A stretch of 64,000 nt of DNA from an uncultured delta proteobacterium (GTDB taxonomy: Bacteria; Desulfobacterota; Syntrophia; Syntrophales; UBA5619), in assembly GCA_963842685.1 (NCBI GenBank), contig CAWJHT010000043.1:384-64383 (forward strand). Direction: 5' to 3'. Each line of letters begins with the position of its first letter. The stretch's first letter is position 1. Made by a program: the position numbers and the translations under genes. Under the pieces are notes generated by a model. The model did not search any database, had not been told where the DNA came from, and was given only the letters and a program-made list of their open reading frames with translations. Shown here piece by piece: positions 51,835 through 62,994 of the stretch.

Positions 51835-53374
51835 ATGAAAAGAGGGGTGCAGGCCGTTTTATGCCTGCTGTTCGTTTTTTTTCTGTCTATCCTAGCCCAT
51901 GCCCAGTCGCTGGATCTGCGCATACTCCATGTCAATGACTTTCACGGCTTTGCCGAAGCCTATAAACCGCTGGGGTCCCGTGAACTCCTGGGAGGGGTGG
52001 CACATCTCGCAGGCAAAGTCGGATCGCTGAGACAGGAAAAGCCGACGCTCCTGCTCGCCGCCGGGGATATGATCCAGGGGAACAACTGGGCCAATATGTC
52101 TCAGGGCGAGTCGGTCATTGAACTGATGAATGCCATGGAATTCGACGCCATGGTCCTGGGAAACCATGAATTTGATTTTGGGCAGGCGGTGTTGAAGAAA
52201 AAGAGTTTCCGAATCCGCTTTTCCTGTCCTCGGCGCCAACGTGGAGGGAGTGGATCGCCTCAAGCCTTTTATCATAAAGGAAATGGGTGGGGTAAGAGTG
52301 GGGATCGTCGGGATCGTGACCGAGGAGACTCCGGTCGCCACCCACCCCCGTAATGTCTCCGGTCTCAGATTCCTCCCTTCCGCCGAAACTGTAGAAAAAT
52401 GTTTGCAGGAATTGAAGAATAAGGCCGATATCATCATCGTCCTGTCCCATATCGGGCATGCGGCCGATCGGGCGCTCGCCGAGAAGGTGAAGGGGATCGA
52501 TGTTATTGTGGGCGGCCATTCGCACACCAAGATCCTGAAGCCGGTTCGGATCGGCGATACCTTGATCGTTCAAGCCTGGGAGCACGGCAAAGCGCTTGGG
52601 GTTTTGGACCTGACCATCCGGGAGGGAAGGATCGTCGGATATGACGGGCATCTGGAGGAAGTGAAACCGCAAGAGGGGAAAGAGGATCGGGGAATTCTGG
52701 CCATCGTTGAAAAATACAACCAGAAGATGGATAAGGTGTTAAATGCCCGCATCGGGGAAGCGGAAATCGATCTGGATGGGGAGAACGTAAGGAAAAGAGA
52801 GACCAACCTGGGAAATTTCATCGCCGATATCATGCGTCAGGCCTCGAAGGCGGACGCGGCCCTTATCAACGGGGGGACCATCCGGACGAATATGAGCCGG
52901 GGAGAGATCCTGGTGAAGGATGTCTATTCGGTCCTTCCTTTTGACAACTACATTGTGGCGATCAAGCTTATGGGAAAACAGATCGCCCAAGCCCTGGAGT
53001 ACGGGGTATCGGGGGTCGAGGGAGGGCAGGGGAGGTTTCCGCAGGTCTCCGGTCTGGCATTCAAATATTCCCCCTCCGCACCAAAGGGCAGCCGGATCAG
53101 AGAGATTCTGATCGCCGGGCAGCCCCTGGATCCCGACAGGGAATACACGGTGGCCACGAATGACTTTCTGGCGGCGGGTGGCGATGGGTATGGGACATTT
53201 GCGGAGGCGGTGAAATCCTCCAAAAACTTTTCAGCGGTCGGAGGCATGCTTCAAGGAGAGACTGTCGTCTACAGCGACAGCAGCCGGTGGCTTCGGGATG
53301 TGGTCGTGGAATACATCAGGGAAAAAGGAACGATTGCTCCCGGGAGAGAGGGAAGAATCAGGGAGGTACCCTGA
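51835..53374 (+). CDS. bifunctional metallophosphatase / 5'-nucleotidase (UshA-like); frame break near 52200
   Basis: Signal peptide. HVNDFHG, AGDMIQGN, LGNHEFDFG, GGHSHT. C-terminal domain ETNLGNFIADIM, INGGTIR, NDFLAAGGDGY. Confidence 0.85.
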
Positions 53375-53376
53375 CC

Positions 53377-53559
53377 ATGGAAGTCTATGTCAATGACAAA
53401 CCGGTGCGCCTTTTGCCCGGGATGATGGTGAAGCACGCCCTGGCCCATGAAGGGCTCGTCGAGGAGTTGGAACGCGGCAAAAAGGTTTACGACGAGTGGG
53501 GGCACGAACTCGGCATGGACGGCGCATTATCGGAAGGGGCGAAAATTTTCGTTCGGTGA
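53377..53559 (+). CDS. small hypothetical protein (60 aa), possibly beta-grasp/ThiS-like without a GG terminus
   Basis: ATG lies 3 nt after the nucleotidase stop, behind GGGAGG. MEVYVNDKPVRLLPGMMVKHAL...GALSEGAKIFVR loosely resembles the ThiS/MoaD layout. Confidence 0.35.
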   Translation: MEVYVNDKPVRLLPGMMVKHALAHEGLVEELERGKKVYDEWGHELGMDGALSEGAKIFVR

Positions 53560-53722
53560 CGCCAGCGAAGGTAACGGTGGCGTTTAGTTTGGGCGCCCGG
53601 ATACATTCCTCCCTCGATTATCGGCGCCATACCCACATTTTGTAGTAAAATCTGTTGCTTTTTCGCCGGACGGCAGGTATGTCGTACGGGAAAAAGTCAT
53701 CTAGAGTATTTTAAAAAGAAAG

Positions 53723-54865
53723 TTGAATATGACAGCAACTTCATCCCCAAAAATCGTCATTAGTGGTTCCGGAGTCTGGACGCCGGCGAATGTTATAACA
53801 AACGAGGAGCTGGTGGAAAGCTATAATGCCTATGCGGAAAGGTTCAATGCCGATCATGCAGCGGATATAGCCACAGGCAAAATCGAGGAAAAATACCTTT
53901 CCAGCGTAAGATTCATTGAGAAAACGTCCGGAATAAAAGCTCGGTATGTATACACGAGGGAAGGTATTTTAGATATCGATCGCATGCGTCCCAAGTTTCC
54001 CGAAAGAAAAGATGAAGAATTGAGCAATCAGGCGGAGATCGGCGTTTTTGCCGCACGGAAGGCGATGGCTGCCGCAGGTAAGACGGCCGCCGATATTGAT
54101 GCCGTTATTGTCGCCGCTGCTTATACTCAGAGGCCCTATCCTGCCATTGCCATTGAAATACAGAAAGAGCTGGGCATTGATGGTTTTGGATTTGATATGC
54201 TGGTTGCTTGTTCGGCGGCGACATTCGGCCTCCACCGGGCATATGACAGCTTGGTGTCCGGTTCGTCAAAATGTGTTTTAGCCATCAATCCGGAACTGGT
54301 TACTCCCCAAGTTAATTTTTGTGATAGGGATAGCCATTTTATTTTTGGCGATGTCAGTACTGCAATCATAATGGAGCGTTCTGAAACCTGCACCAGCCCG
54401 AACAGTTACGAAATTCTGAGCACAAAAGCGCTGACCCGGTTTTCAAATAATATCCGCTCCAATTTCGGACATATGGCATACGCCACCGATGCGGAACCTT
54501 TCGGATGGGACAAGCTATTTCATCAGTCCGGGCGTAATGTTTTTGAAGAAGTAAGTCCGGTTGCCGCCAAACATATCAGTGACCATCTGGCAAGTCTTGA
54601 TTTAAAACCCCGGGATGTCAATCGGTTCTGGCTTCACCAGGCAAATATCAACATGAACAATATGGTGATAAAACAACTCCTTGGTGAAGATGTCGAGGCA
54701 GAAACGATACCTTCAATTCTTGAACGGTATGGGAACACGGCATCCGCAGGGTCAATTATCGCTTTTCATCTTTATAATGACGATCTGAAAAAGGGTGATA
54801 TAGGCGTGATCTGTTCCTTTGGCGCCGGATATTCCGTTGGCAGTTTGGTGTTACGCAAACGGTGA
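53723..54865 (+). CDS. beta-ketoacyl-ACP synthase III family (long, ~380-aa FabH-like) enzyme
   Basis: Active-site Cys in MLVACSAATFGL, His in WLHQANINMN, Asn in YGNTASAGS. AT-rich codon usage. Confidence 0.85.
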   Translation: MNMTATSSPKIVISGSGVWTPANVITNEELVESYNAYAERFNADHAADIATGKIEEKYLSSVRFIEKTSGIKARYVYTREGILDIDRMRPKFPERKDEELSNQAEIGVFAARKAMAAAGKTAADIDAVIVAAAYTQRPYPAIAIEIQKELGIDGFGFDMLVACSAATFGLHRAYDSLVSGSSKCVLAINPELVTPQVNFCDRDSHFIFGDVSTAIIMERSETCTSPNSYEILSTKALTRFSNNIRSNFGHMAYATDAEPFGWDKLFHQSGRNVFEEVSPVAAKHISDHLASLDLKPRDVNRFWLHQANINMNNMVIKQLLGEDVEAETIPSILERYGNTASAGSIIAFHLYNDDLKKGDIGVICSFGAGYSVGSLVLRKR

Positions 54866-54957
54866 GCCGCGACCTGACGGCGTTGCGAGTACCCCGGATG
54901 GGTCGAGGGATCTGCTGCATCGATGATCTGACAGAGATCGCTCCCCGGGGTCAGATC

Positions 54958-55827
54958 CTATAAAGGGTAGGGCGCTTTGCTTTTCGGCCGTTTCAAGAGA
55001 TAGAACTCAACTTTTCCCCGATCGGGGCAGGCGGTGTCGATCGCCCGACGGATCTTTGCCGCAAAGGAGGAGACTGCCGGGATGAGGTCGCCGCTTCCCC
55101 CTTTCTCGCCGATCAGGCGGACCAGGGCGCTCCCGACGACGACGCCGTCGGCCAGAGGGGCGATTGCCGCCGCCTGCTCGGGTGTGGAGATGCCGAAGCC
55201 GACGGCGACGGGAAGGGCCGTCATCGTCTTGATCCGCTCCACGTCCCGCCGGACGTCCTCGGGCCGGGGGACGGCCGTCCCCGTGACGCCGGTGACGGAG
55301 ATGTAGTAGACGAATCCCGCCGCCCCCCGGAGGATCTTCCGGGCCCGCTCGGGATCGGTCGTCGGGGCGATGAGCGTGATGAACGCGAGTCCCGCCGGGT
55401 CCGTGTATCGGCGGAGCTCATCCGCCTCCTCGGGGGGGAGGTCGACGACGAGGAGGCCGTCCACGCCGGAGGCCTTCGCATCCGCCGCGAATTTTTCCGG
55501 CCCGTAGCTCAGGATGGGGTTGTAGTAGCCGAACAGGACGATCGGGATGCCGCTCGTCCGGCGAAGGGCGGCGATCATCGCGAGGATCTTCTCCAGTGTC
55601 GCCCCCCGCTTGAGGGCGCGCTGGGAGGCGGCCTGGATGACGGGGCCGTCCGCCGTCGGGTCGGAGAAGGGGACGCCGATCTCGACGATGTCCACACCGG
55701 CGGCCTCCAAGCGCGGGGATCAGCTCTGCCGTCGTTTCCAGGTCGGGATCGCCCGCCGTCAGGTAGGCGACAAACGCCTTTCGCCCCTCTTTTTTCAACG
55801 CCTTGAATCTCTCTTCGATCCGTCCCA

Positions 55828-55828
<1 letters not shown>
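54958..55828 (-). CDS. trpA: tryptophan synthase alpha chain; one frame break near 55715
   Basis: [33 protein letters not shown].. then ..[42 protein letters not shown] overlap with trpB. Confidence 0.9.
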
Positions 55829-57025
<1,197 letters not shown>

Positions 57026-57077
57026 GAATTCATTTTTCCTTTCCAAAGAGGGCGACTCCGTAAAAAGTCAAAAATTC

Positions 57078-57123
57078 CCTTCCCCCTCCCCTTAATCCCC
57101 TCCCGCCAGGGGAGGGGAAATTT
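57078..57123 (-). other. C/G-rich hairpin element in the trpF-trpB spacer
   Basis: Minus strand reads CCCCTCCC-ctggc-GGGAGGGG, followed by a second GGGGAGGGGG that could pair alternatively, then AATTTTTGACTTTTT. Confidence 0.5.
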
Positions 57124-57140
57124 ACTTTTTTACGAAGTTG

Positions 57141-57854
57141 TCAAAGATGGCTTTCGGACCGGGCGCCCCTCCCGAGATGGATCGTCTCCCTGGAGTCCGA
57201 TCTTCCGTGGATCGTCTCCCGGAGTCGATCATCCCTCGAATCATCCCGATGATCCGCCGCATCCGGTCGTGATCCTTGATCCCCGGCGCCGAGCTCGCAG
57301 CCGCTGTTGATGTCCACGGCCTGCGGGGCGACGGCGGCGAGCGCCGCCTCGATGTTCTCCGCGTCGAGACCGCCGGCGAGGATCAGGGGGTGCGTCTTCC
57401 CGAGTCTTGCGGCCAGTTCCCAGTCGGCCCGCTTCCCCGTTCCCCCGTAGCGGCCGGCATCCCGGGCGTCCACGAGGAAGGCCCGGACCTCGTAGACGTC
57501 GAGCGCCCGGAGCTCTTCGGGCGTCCTGGGGGAGACGGCCTTGATGACCCGTTCGGGCGGGAACAGGCGGCAGTAAGCGGGGGATTCGTCGCCGTGGAGC
57601 TGGATCAGATCGAGGCCGCACGCCTCGACCGTCCGTTCCACCTCTTCCGCCTCGCCGGTTGACGAAGACGCCGACCGTTGCGATCCCCCCGGGAAGCTGC
57701 CGCGATGATTGCCTTTGCCCTCTCCGGGGTGATGTACCGGGGGCTCGCCTGATGGAAGATGAACCCGACGGCGTCCGCCCCGCACGCGGCGGCGCAGAGG
57801 GCGTCTTCGAGGCGCGTGATCCCGCAGATCTTGATCTCCGTTGCGATCCTTCAT
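57141..57854 (-). CDS. trpF: phosphoribosylanthranilate isomerase; at least three frame breaks, 3' end uncertain (57122-57245)
   Basis: ATGA overlap with trp[29 protein letters not shown], ..[12 protein letters not shown].., ..FLVDA..GGTGK..W.., ..ILAGGL..EN.., ..VDINSGCE. Confidence 0.8.
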   Translation of the reverse strand: MKDRNGDQDLRDHAPRRRPLRRRVRGGRRRVHLPSGEPPVHHPGEGKGNHRGSFPGGSQRSASSSTGEAEEVERTVEACGLDLIQLHGDESPAYCRLFPPERVIKAVSPRTPEELRALDVYEVRAFLVDARDAGRYGGTGKRADWELAARLGKTHPLILAGGLDAENIEAALAAVAPQAVDINSGCELGAGDQGSRPDAADHRDDSRDDRLRETIHGRSDSRETIHLGRGARSESHL

Positions 57855-58625
57855 CGTCCCAGAAGCTCCCTCAGTTTCGCCCCGCTGTCCGGGGCCGCGA
57901 CCAGCGTCTCGCCGATCAGAAAGGCCCGGACCCCCGCCTTCATAAGGGTCTCGATCTCCGCCCGCGAACGGATCCCGCTTTCGCTGACGACGATCCGGTC
58001 CGCCGGGACGAGGGGCGCGAGCGCAAGCGATGTCCCGATGTCCGTCGCGAAGGTCTTCAGGTCCCGGTTGTTGATCCCGATGATCTCCGCACCGGCGGCG
58101 AGGGCCTTCTCCAGCTCCTCGCGGTCGTGGACCTCGACCAGGGAGGCGAGGCCCAGCGAGGCGGCGAGTTCACGATATTCCCGGAGCTGATTCTCCCCGA
58201 GGATGGCCGCGATGAGCAGGAGGGCGTCGGCGCCGATCGCCCGCGTCTCGTGGATCTGCCAGGGATCGATGATGAACTCCTTCCGGAGGACCGGCAGCGA
58301 GATCGCGCCTTTTACGGCGGTCAGATCCGCGTCGCTCCCCCCGAAGAAGGTCTCGTCGGTGAGGACGGAGACGGCCGCCGCCCCGTGCCTTTCATATTCC
58401 CGGGCGATCCGGACGGGATCGAAATCCGCCCGGAGGACCCCCCGGGAGGGGGAGCGCCGCTTCACCTCGGCGATGATCGCGCAGTCCCCGCCGCCGAGCG
58501 CCCGCCGGAAATCGCGGGTCGGGGGCATCCCTCCAATGGCCGCTCTCCAGCGCGGAAAGGGGGGTCGTTTCTTTCCTTTCGGCCACCTCGCGGCGCTTGA
58601 CCTCGACAATATCATCCAGAATCAT
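57851..58625 (-). CDS. trpC: indole-3-glycerol phosphate synthase; frame break(s) near 58560
   Basis: MILDDIVEVKRREVAERKE.. then ..IIAEVKRRSPSRGVL..AVSVLTDETFFGG..LRKEFIIDPWQI..GADALLLI..LVEVH..GINNRDL. Confidence 0.85.
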
Positions 58626-58683
58626 GCTGTCATCCTTTGACATGCATAACCATCTCGTCGTCCCTTGCGGAAGGATCGTTAAG

Positions 58684-58809
58684 CAGACGGCTTCGTAAAG
58701 GTCCGCAGGCAAGGCGCGCGAGTCCTGAGCATGAGGCGTACTTTCCGTACGCCGCAATGACGAAGGATGAAGCGCAACGCAGCATCCGGACTCTTTCCGA
58801 AGCCGTCTG
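58684..58809 (-). other. ~126-nt extended hairpin immediately after the trpD stop codon
   Basis: Perfect 12-bp outer stem CAGACGGCTTCG / CGAAGCCGTCTG, extended by an imperfect ~10-bp helix. Central perfect hairpin GGCGTAC-tttcc-GTACGCC. Confidence 0.7.
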
Positions 58810-59825
58810 TCAACTGTTGCTCCGCTCGATCAGCGCCTGGAGCTTCTTCAGGGCGGCGCCGCTGTCGATGCAGGCCCCGGCGGTCGCCATCCCCTCCCGG
58901 ATCGTTCCGGCCTTTCCCCCGGCCACGATGGCGAGGGCTGCGTTGAGGATGACGATCTGCCGGCAGGCCCCCTGCCGGCTCGCCGCTCAGGACCTCCGTC
59001 GTGATCCGGGCGTTCGCCTCGGCGTCCCCGCCCCGGAGGTCGGCAGCAGGGTAGGTCTCTCCGAAGAGCTCCAGGGGATCGATGTTGTAGGTCGTGATCA
59101 GCCCCTCCTTCAGTTCCGAGACCCGGGTCTCCCCCGTGACCGTCGCCTCGTCGAGGCCGTCGGCGCCGTGGACGACGAAGGCCCGCTTCGTCCCCAGGTT
59201 CTTGAGGACCCCGGCGAACATCTCCGTGAGCTTCGGGTCGTACACCCCGATGAGCTGGGAGGTCGCCCCGGCGGGGTTCGTGAGCGGCCCCAGCATGTTG
59301 AAGATCGTCCGGATGCCGATCTCCCGGCGGGGGCCGATCGCGTATTTCATCGCCCCGTGGAGCCGGGGGGCGAAGAGGAAGCCGATGCCGATCTCCTGGA
59401 GGCACTCCTCCACGATCTCCGGACCCGCGTCGATCTTGACGCCGAGGGCCTCGAGGACATCCGCGCTCCCGCAGCCGCTGGAGACCGCCCGGTTGCCGTG
59501 CTTCGCCACGGTGAGTCCGGCCGCCGCGACGACGAAGGCCGTCGTGGTGGAGATGTTGAAGGTGTTGCTCCCGTCCCCGCCCGTCCCGCAGGTGTCCACG
59601 ACGACCGACGAGCGGGCGTCGATCCGGGTCGCCTTCTGCCGCATGATCGCGGGCCGCCCCCGTCACCTCCTCCACCGTTTCCCCCTTGATCCGGAGGGCG
59701 GTCATGAAGGCGGCGATCTGGGCGGGCGTCGCTTCTCCCTCCATCACCTCCGTCATGACGGCCATCATCTCCGCTTCCCGCAGGTTCTCCCCGCGGACCG
59801 CCTTGGCAATCGCTTCCCTGATCAT
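58810..59825 (-). CDS. trpD: anthranilate phosphoribosyltransferase; several frame breaks
   Basis: [98 protein letters not shown]-terminus ..[14 protein letters not shown]. Confidence 0.85.
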
Positions 59826-60416
59826 GCGTCGCACCCCCTTTTCCTGTCGATGCATTTTGAGAAAATTCCGGATGATCCGTTTTCCGCCCGGCGTCAGGAT
59901 CGATTCCGGATGAAACTGGATCCCCTCCACGGGCCATCTCCTGTGCCGGAGCCCCATGATCTCCCCTTCCTCCGTCTCCGCGCTGATCTCCAGGCAGTCC
60001 GGGAGGGTTTCCCGCTCCACGATGAGCGAGTGGTAGCGCCCGGCGGGAAAGGGGCTGGCGAGCCCCTCGAAGATCGTCCGCCCGTCGTTGAGGATCGGGG
60101 AGGTCTTGCCGTGCATGATCCTCCCCGCCCGGACGACCCGGCCGCCGAAGGCGTGGCCGATCGCCTGGTGGCCCAGGCAGACCCCCATGATGGGGATCCG
60201 CGTGTGGAACGTCCGGATCGACGTCGCACGGTGATCCCGGCCTGCTCCGGCGAACAGGGGCCGGGGGAGAGGAAGATCGCCTCCGGTTTCATCGCCTCGA
60301 TCTCCATCCAGGGTGATCTCGTCGTTCCGGCGGACGGCCACCTCCTCCCCAAGCTGGCCCAGGTACTGGACCAGGTTGTAGGTAAAGGAATCGTAGTTGT
60401 CGATCATCAGTATCAT
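59822..60416 (-). CDS. trpG: anthranilate synthase component II (glutamine amidotransferase); two compensating frame breaks; currently in frame with trpD
   Basis: [42 protein letters not shown] (catalytic Cys), GIQFHPES. As written there is no stop before trpD, but an ATGA overlap exists one frame over, next to an A4G5 run. Confidence 0.8.
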
Positions 60417-61922
60417 GGTTTTTCTCCTTTCTTATAAGTTCGAATCCGCTCTCCGCCAGGCGAACCGCCTGGACCATCCCCTCCGCCTTGCTGAGCGTTT
60501 CTCTGTACTCCGCCTCCGGGTCGGAGTCGGCGACGATGCCGGCGCCGGCCTGGAGGAAGATCTTCCCGTCCCGGATCAGCATCGTCCGGATCGTGATGCA
60601 GAAATCCATGTTGCCGTCGTAGCTGAAGTACCCCACGGCGCCGCCGTAAGGCCCCCGGCGGGAGGGCTCCAGCTCCGCGATGATCTCCATCGCCCGGATC
60701 TTCGGCGCCCCGGTCAGGGTCCCCGCCGGGAAGGTCGCCCGGAGGACGTCGAAGCAGTCCTTCTCCGGTGCGAGCTGCGCCTGGATGTCCGAGACGAGGT
60801 GCATGACGTGGGAGTAGCGCTCCACCGCCATCAGTTGGCCGACCTGGACGCTTCCGATCCGGGCGATCCGCCCGAGGTCGTTCCGGCCCAGGTCGACGAG
60901 CATGACGTGCTCCGCCCGCTCCTTGGGGTCCTGCAGGAGCTCGTCGGCGAGCCGCCGGTCCTCCTGTTCGTTCTTCCCCCGCCGCCTCGTCCCGGCGATG
61001 GGCTTGAGCTCCGCGATCCCCTCCTCGAGGCGGACCATGACCTCCGGCGAGGAGCCGATGAGGTGCATCTCCTCGAGGCGGAGAAAGAACAGGTAGGGCG
61101 AGGGGTTGACGTGGCGGAGCGCCCGGTAGAGATCGACCGGGTCCGCTGTCGGAATCCCGCTGAAACCGCTGGGAGAGGACCACCTGGATGATATCCCCCG
61201 CGACGATGTACTCCTTGGCCCTGCCGACCATGGACTGGAATGCCTCCGGGGTCATGTTGGACCGGAAGGGGAGGGCGTCTTTCCGCACGGCGGCGGCCGG
61301 TTTGACGGGCCGGGGGGCCTTGAGGAGGTCGGTCATCGCATCGATCCGGCGGACGGCCCCGTCGTAGACCGGCCGCAGGTCTTCCTCGCCTTCCGTGACG
61401 GCGCAGGCGACGACCTTGATCGTGTGGCGGACGTTGTCGAAGATGACCAGCGTGTCGGTGATCATGAAAGACGGCATCGTCGGTCGGAACGCCTCCCGCT
61501 GCCCCCGCGGGGAGCTTCTCGAAGTAGCGGACCATGTCGTAGCCGAGAAACCCCACGGCGCCCCCGAAGAACCGCGGCAGACCCTCCACCGGGACGGGAC
61601 GGTAACGGCCGAGGAGCTCCTTCAGAAAGCGCGAGGGGATCGCCCCCGTGGGGGCGCCGCTGCACCGCGCCGTTTTCCTCGATGACGACCTCATCGCCCC
61701 GGACGCGGAAGATGGCCAGCAGGTCCGCCCCGAGGAAGCTGTACCGCCCCCATTTCTCCCCTCCCTCCACGCTCTCCAGCAGAAAGAGATGGGGACGGTC
61801 CGCCAGTTTCATGAGGGCCGTGACGGGGGTTTCCGTATCGGCGAGGATCTCCCGATAGACGGGGATCAGGTTTCCCTCTTTTGCCAGTTTGGTGAATGTT
61901 TCAAAGTCCGGATGTATACATG
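60413..61922 (-). CDS. trpE: anthranilate synthase component I; many frame breaks
   Basis: [67 protein letters not shown], ..IAGTRRRG.., ..[11 protein letters not shown].., ..[18 protein letters not shown].., [20 protein letters not shown]. Confidence 0.85.
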
Positions 61923-61952
61923 GTCTATTCCTCTTTCCGTATGTGCATCATA

Positions 61953-61979
61953 AAAAAAGGCCGTGAATCGTCACGGCCT
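61953..61979 (-). terminator. intrinsic terminator / attenuator hairpin 2 (proximal to trpE)
   Basis: Minus strand reads GGCCGTGA-cgat-TCACGGCC followed by TTTTTTT. It ends ~30 nt before the trpE ATG. Confidence 0.7.
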
Positions 61980-61990
61980 TTTTCCTCATA

Positions 61991-62032
61991 CAAACAAAAA
62001 AGCCGTGGGGTCCCGAAGAGGTCCCCACGGCT
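61991..62032 (-). terminator. intrinsic terminator / attenuator hairpin 1
   Basis: Minus strand reads GCCGTGGGGACC-tcttcg-GGACCCCACGGC (12-bp stem, one mismatch) followed by TTTTTTGTTTG. It starts 24 nt after the leader-peptide stop. Confidence 0.7.
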
Positions 62033-62056
62033 TTCATCTTTATTCATTCATCTGAT

Positions 62057-62134
62057 CAGCAGCGGACAAACCCCTCCCTCGTGTTGTTCCACCACCACCA
62101 GTTCTTCCCTGCGATCTGCATCTTCATGTTCATT
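62057..62134 (-). CDS. trpL: trp operon leader peptide (25 aa) with four consecutive Trp codons
   Basis: Minus strand: ATG AAC ATG AAG ATG CAG ATC GCA GGG AAG AAC TGG TGG TGG TGG AAC AAC ACG AGG GAG GGG TTT GTC CGC TGC TGA = MNMKMQIAGKNWWWWNNTREGFVRC. The RBS is weak. Confidence 0.65.
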
Positions 62135-62465
62135 TCACTCGTTTCCAAATAGTTGGCAATCCCCTAACAGCTTTTTTCACACCTGTCAAATACATTTTTT
62201 CGCTTGGCCGGTGTATCGGAGGTTTTAAAACGAGAATTGCCTCAGCGAAGGCCCATGTCCTGTGCGTCTGCAAGTGCTGTGCACAAGCGAGCTTGCTAAG
62301 GCGCATTTGGGCAGACGGTGGCTTTTATGATCGCTTTTTCACCGCCGTTATGGTTATACATAGCCTGCCTTATGGCAGTCGGGATCGTCATGGGCGGATT
62401 AAGGAGATCCTCGATCTCTGATCCTGCCCGATGAGGATCGGGATTATCCATCAAAAAGGAACTCC

Positions 62466-62927
62466 ATGCGGATATTTGTCGACGCGGATGCATTTCCGAA
62501 TGTGATTAAGGATATCCTGATCAGGGCCGGAGAGCGGATGCACGTGCCTCTGGTTTTTGTGGCCTGCAAGCGGCTGAGGCTTGAGCGGTCAGACAGTGTC
62601 TCCAGCATTGAAGTGCCGATCGGCCCCGATCTGGTCGATGATCGCATCGCGGAGCTCGTGCAACCGGGCGACCTCGTTATTACCGCCGATATTCCGCTCG
62701 CGGACCGTGTGGTGACCAAAGGCGCCTATGCCATCAACCCCAGGGGCGAGCTCTATACCGAGGAGAATATCAAGGACCGTCTGGCCATGCGCGACCTCAT
62801 GAATGAGCTCAGAGACGGAGGCCTGATTGCGGGGGGACCTGCGGAATTCAGCAAGAAAGACCGCCAGGCGTTCGCCAACCAATTGGACCGCATTTTGATC
62901 CGACAGGTAAAAAACGAAAAAACGTAG
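62466..62927 (+). CDS. YaiI/YqxD family protein (DUF188)
   Basis: MRIFVDADAFPNVIKDIL.., ..GDLVITADIPLADRVV.KGA.AINPRGELYT..NI. 153 aa. Confidence 0.85.
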   Translation: MRIFVDADAFPNVIKDILIRAGERMHVPLVFVACKRLRLERSDSVSSIEVPIGPDLVDDRIAELVQPGDLVITADIPLADRVVTKGAYAINPRGELYTEENIKDRLAMRDLMNELRDGGLIAGGPAEFSKKDRQAFANQLDRILIRQVKNEKT

Positions 62928-62994
62928 CAGAGGACCGTTGATATTTTTTCTTCCTAACATTTATTTCACTATTCCACCAAGGGGGATCAATTGA

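Noticed and set aside
60431-60450. gttcgaatcc, a tRNA T-arm-like string.
   Set aside because: No acceptor, D or anticodon arms can be drawn around it, and it lies inside the trpE/trpG coding junction.
62327-62434. 35-codon plus-strand micro-ORF (MIAFSPPLWLYIACLMAVGIVMGGLRRSSISDPAR) upstream of the YaiI gene.
   Set aside because: It is hydrophobic enough to be a small membrane peptide, but it has no convincing RBS and I have no way to assess conservation from the sequence alone.
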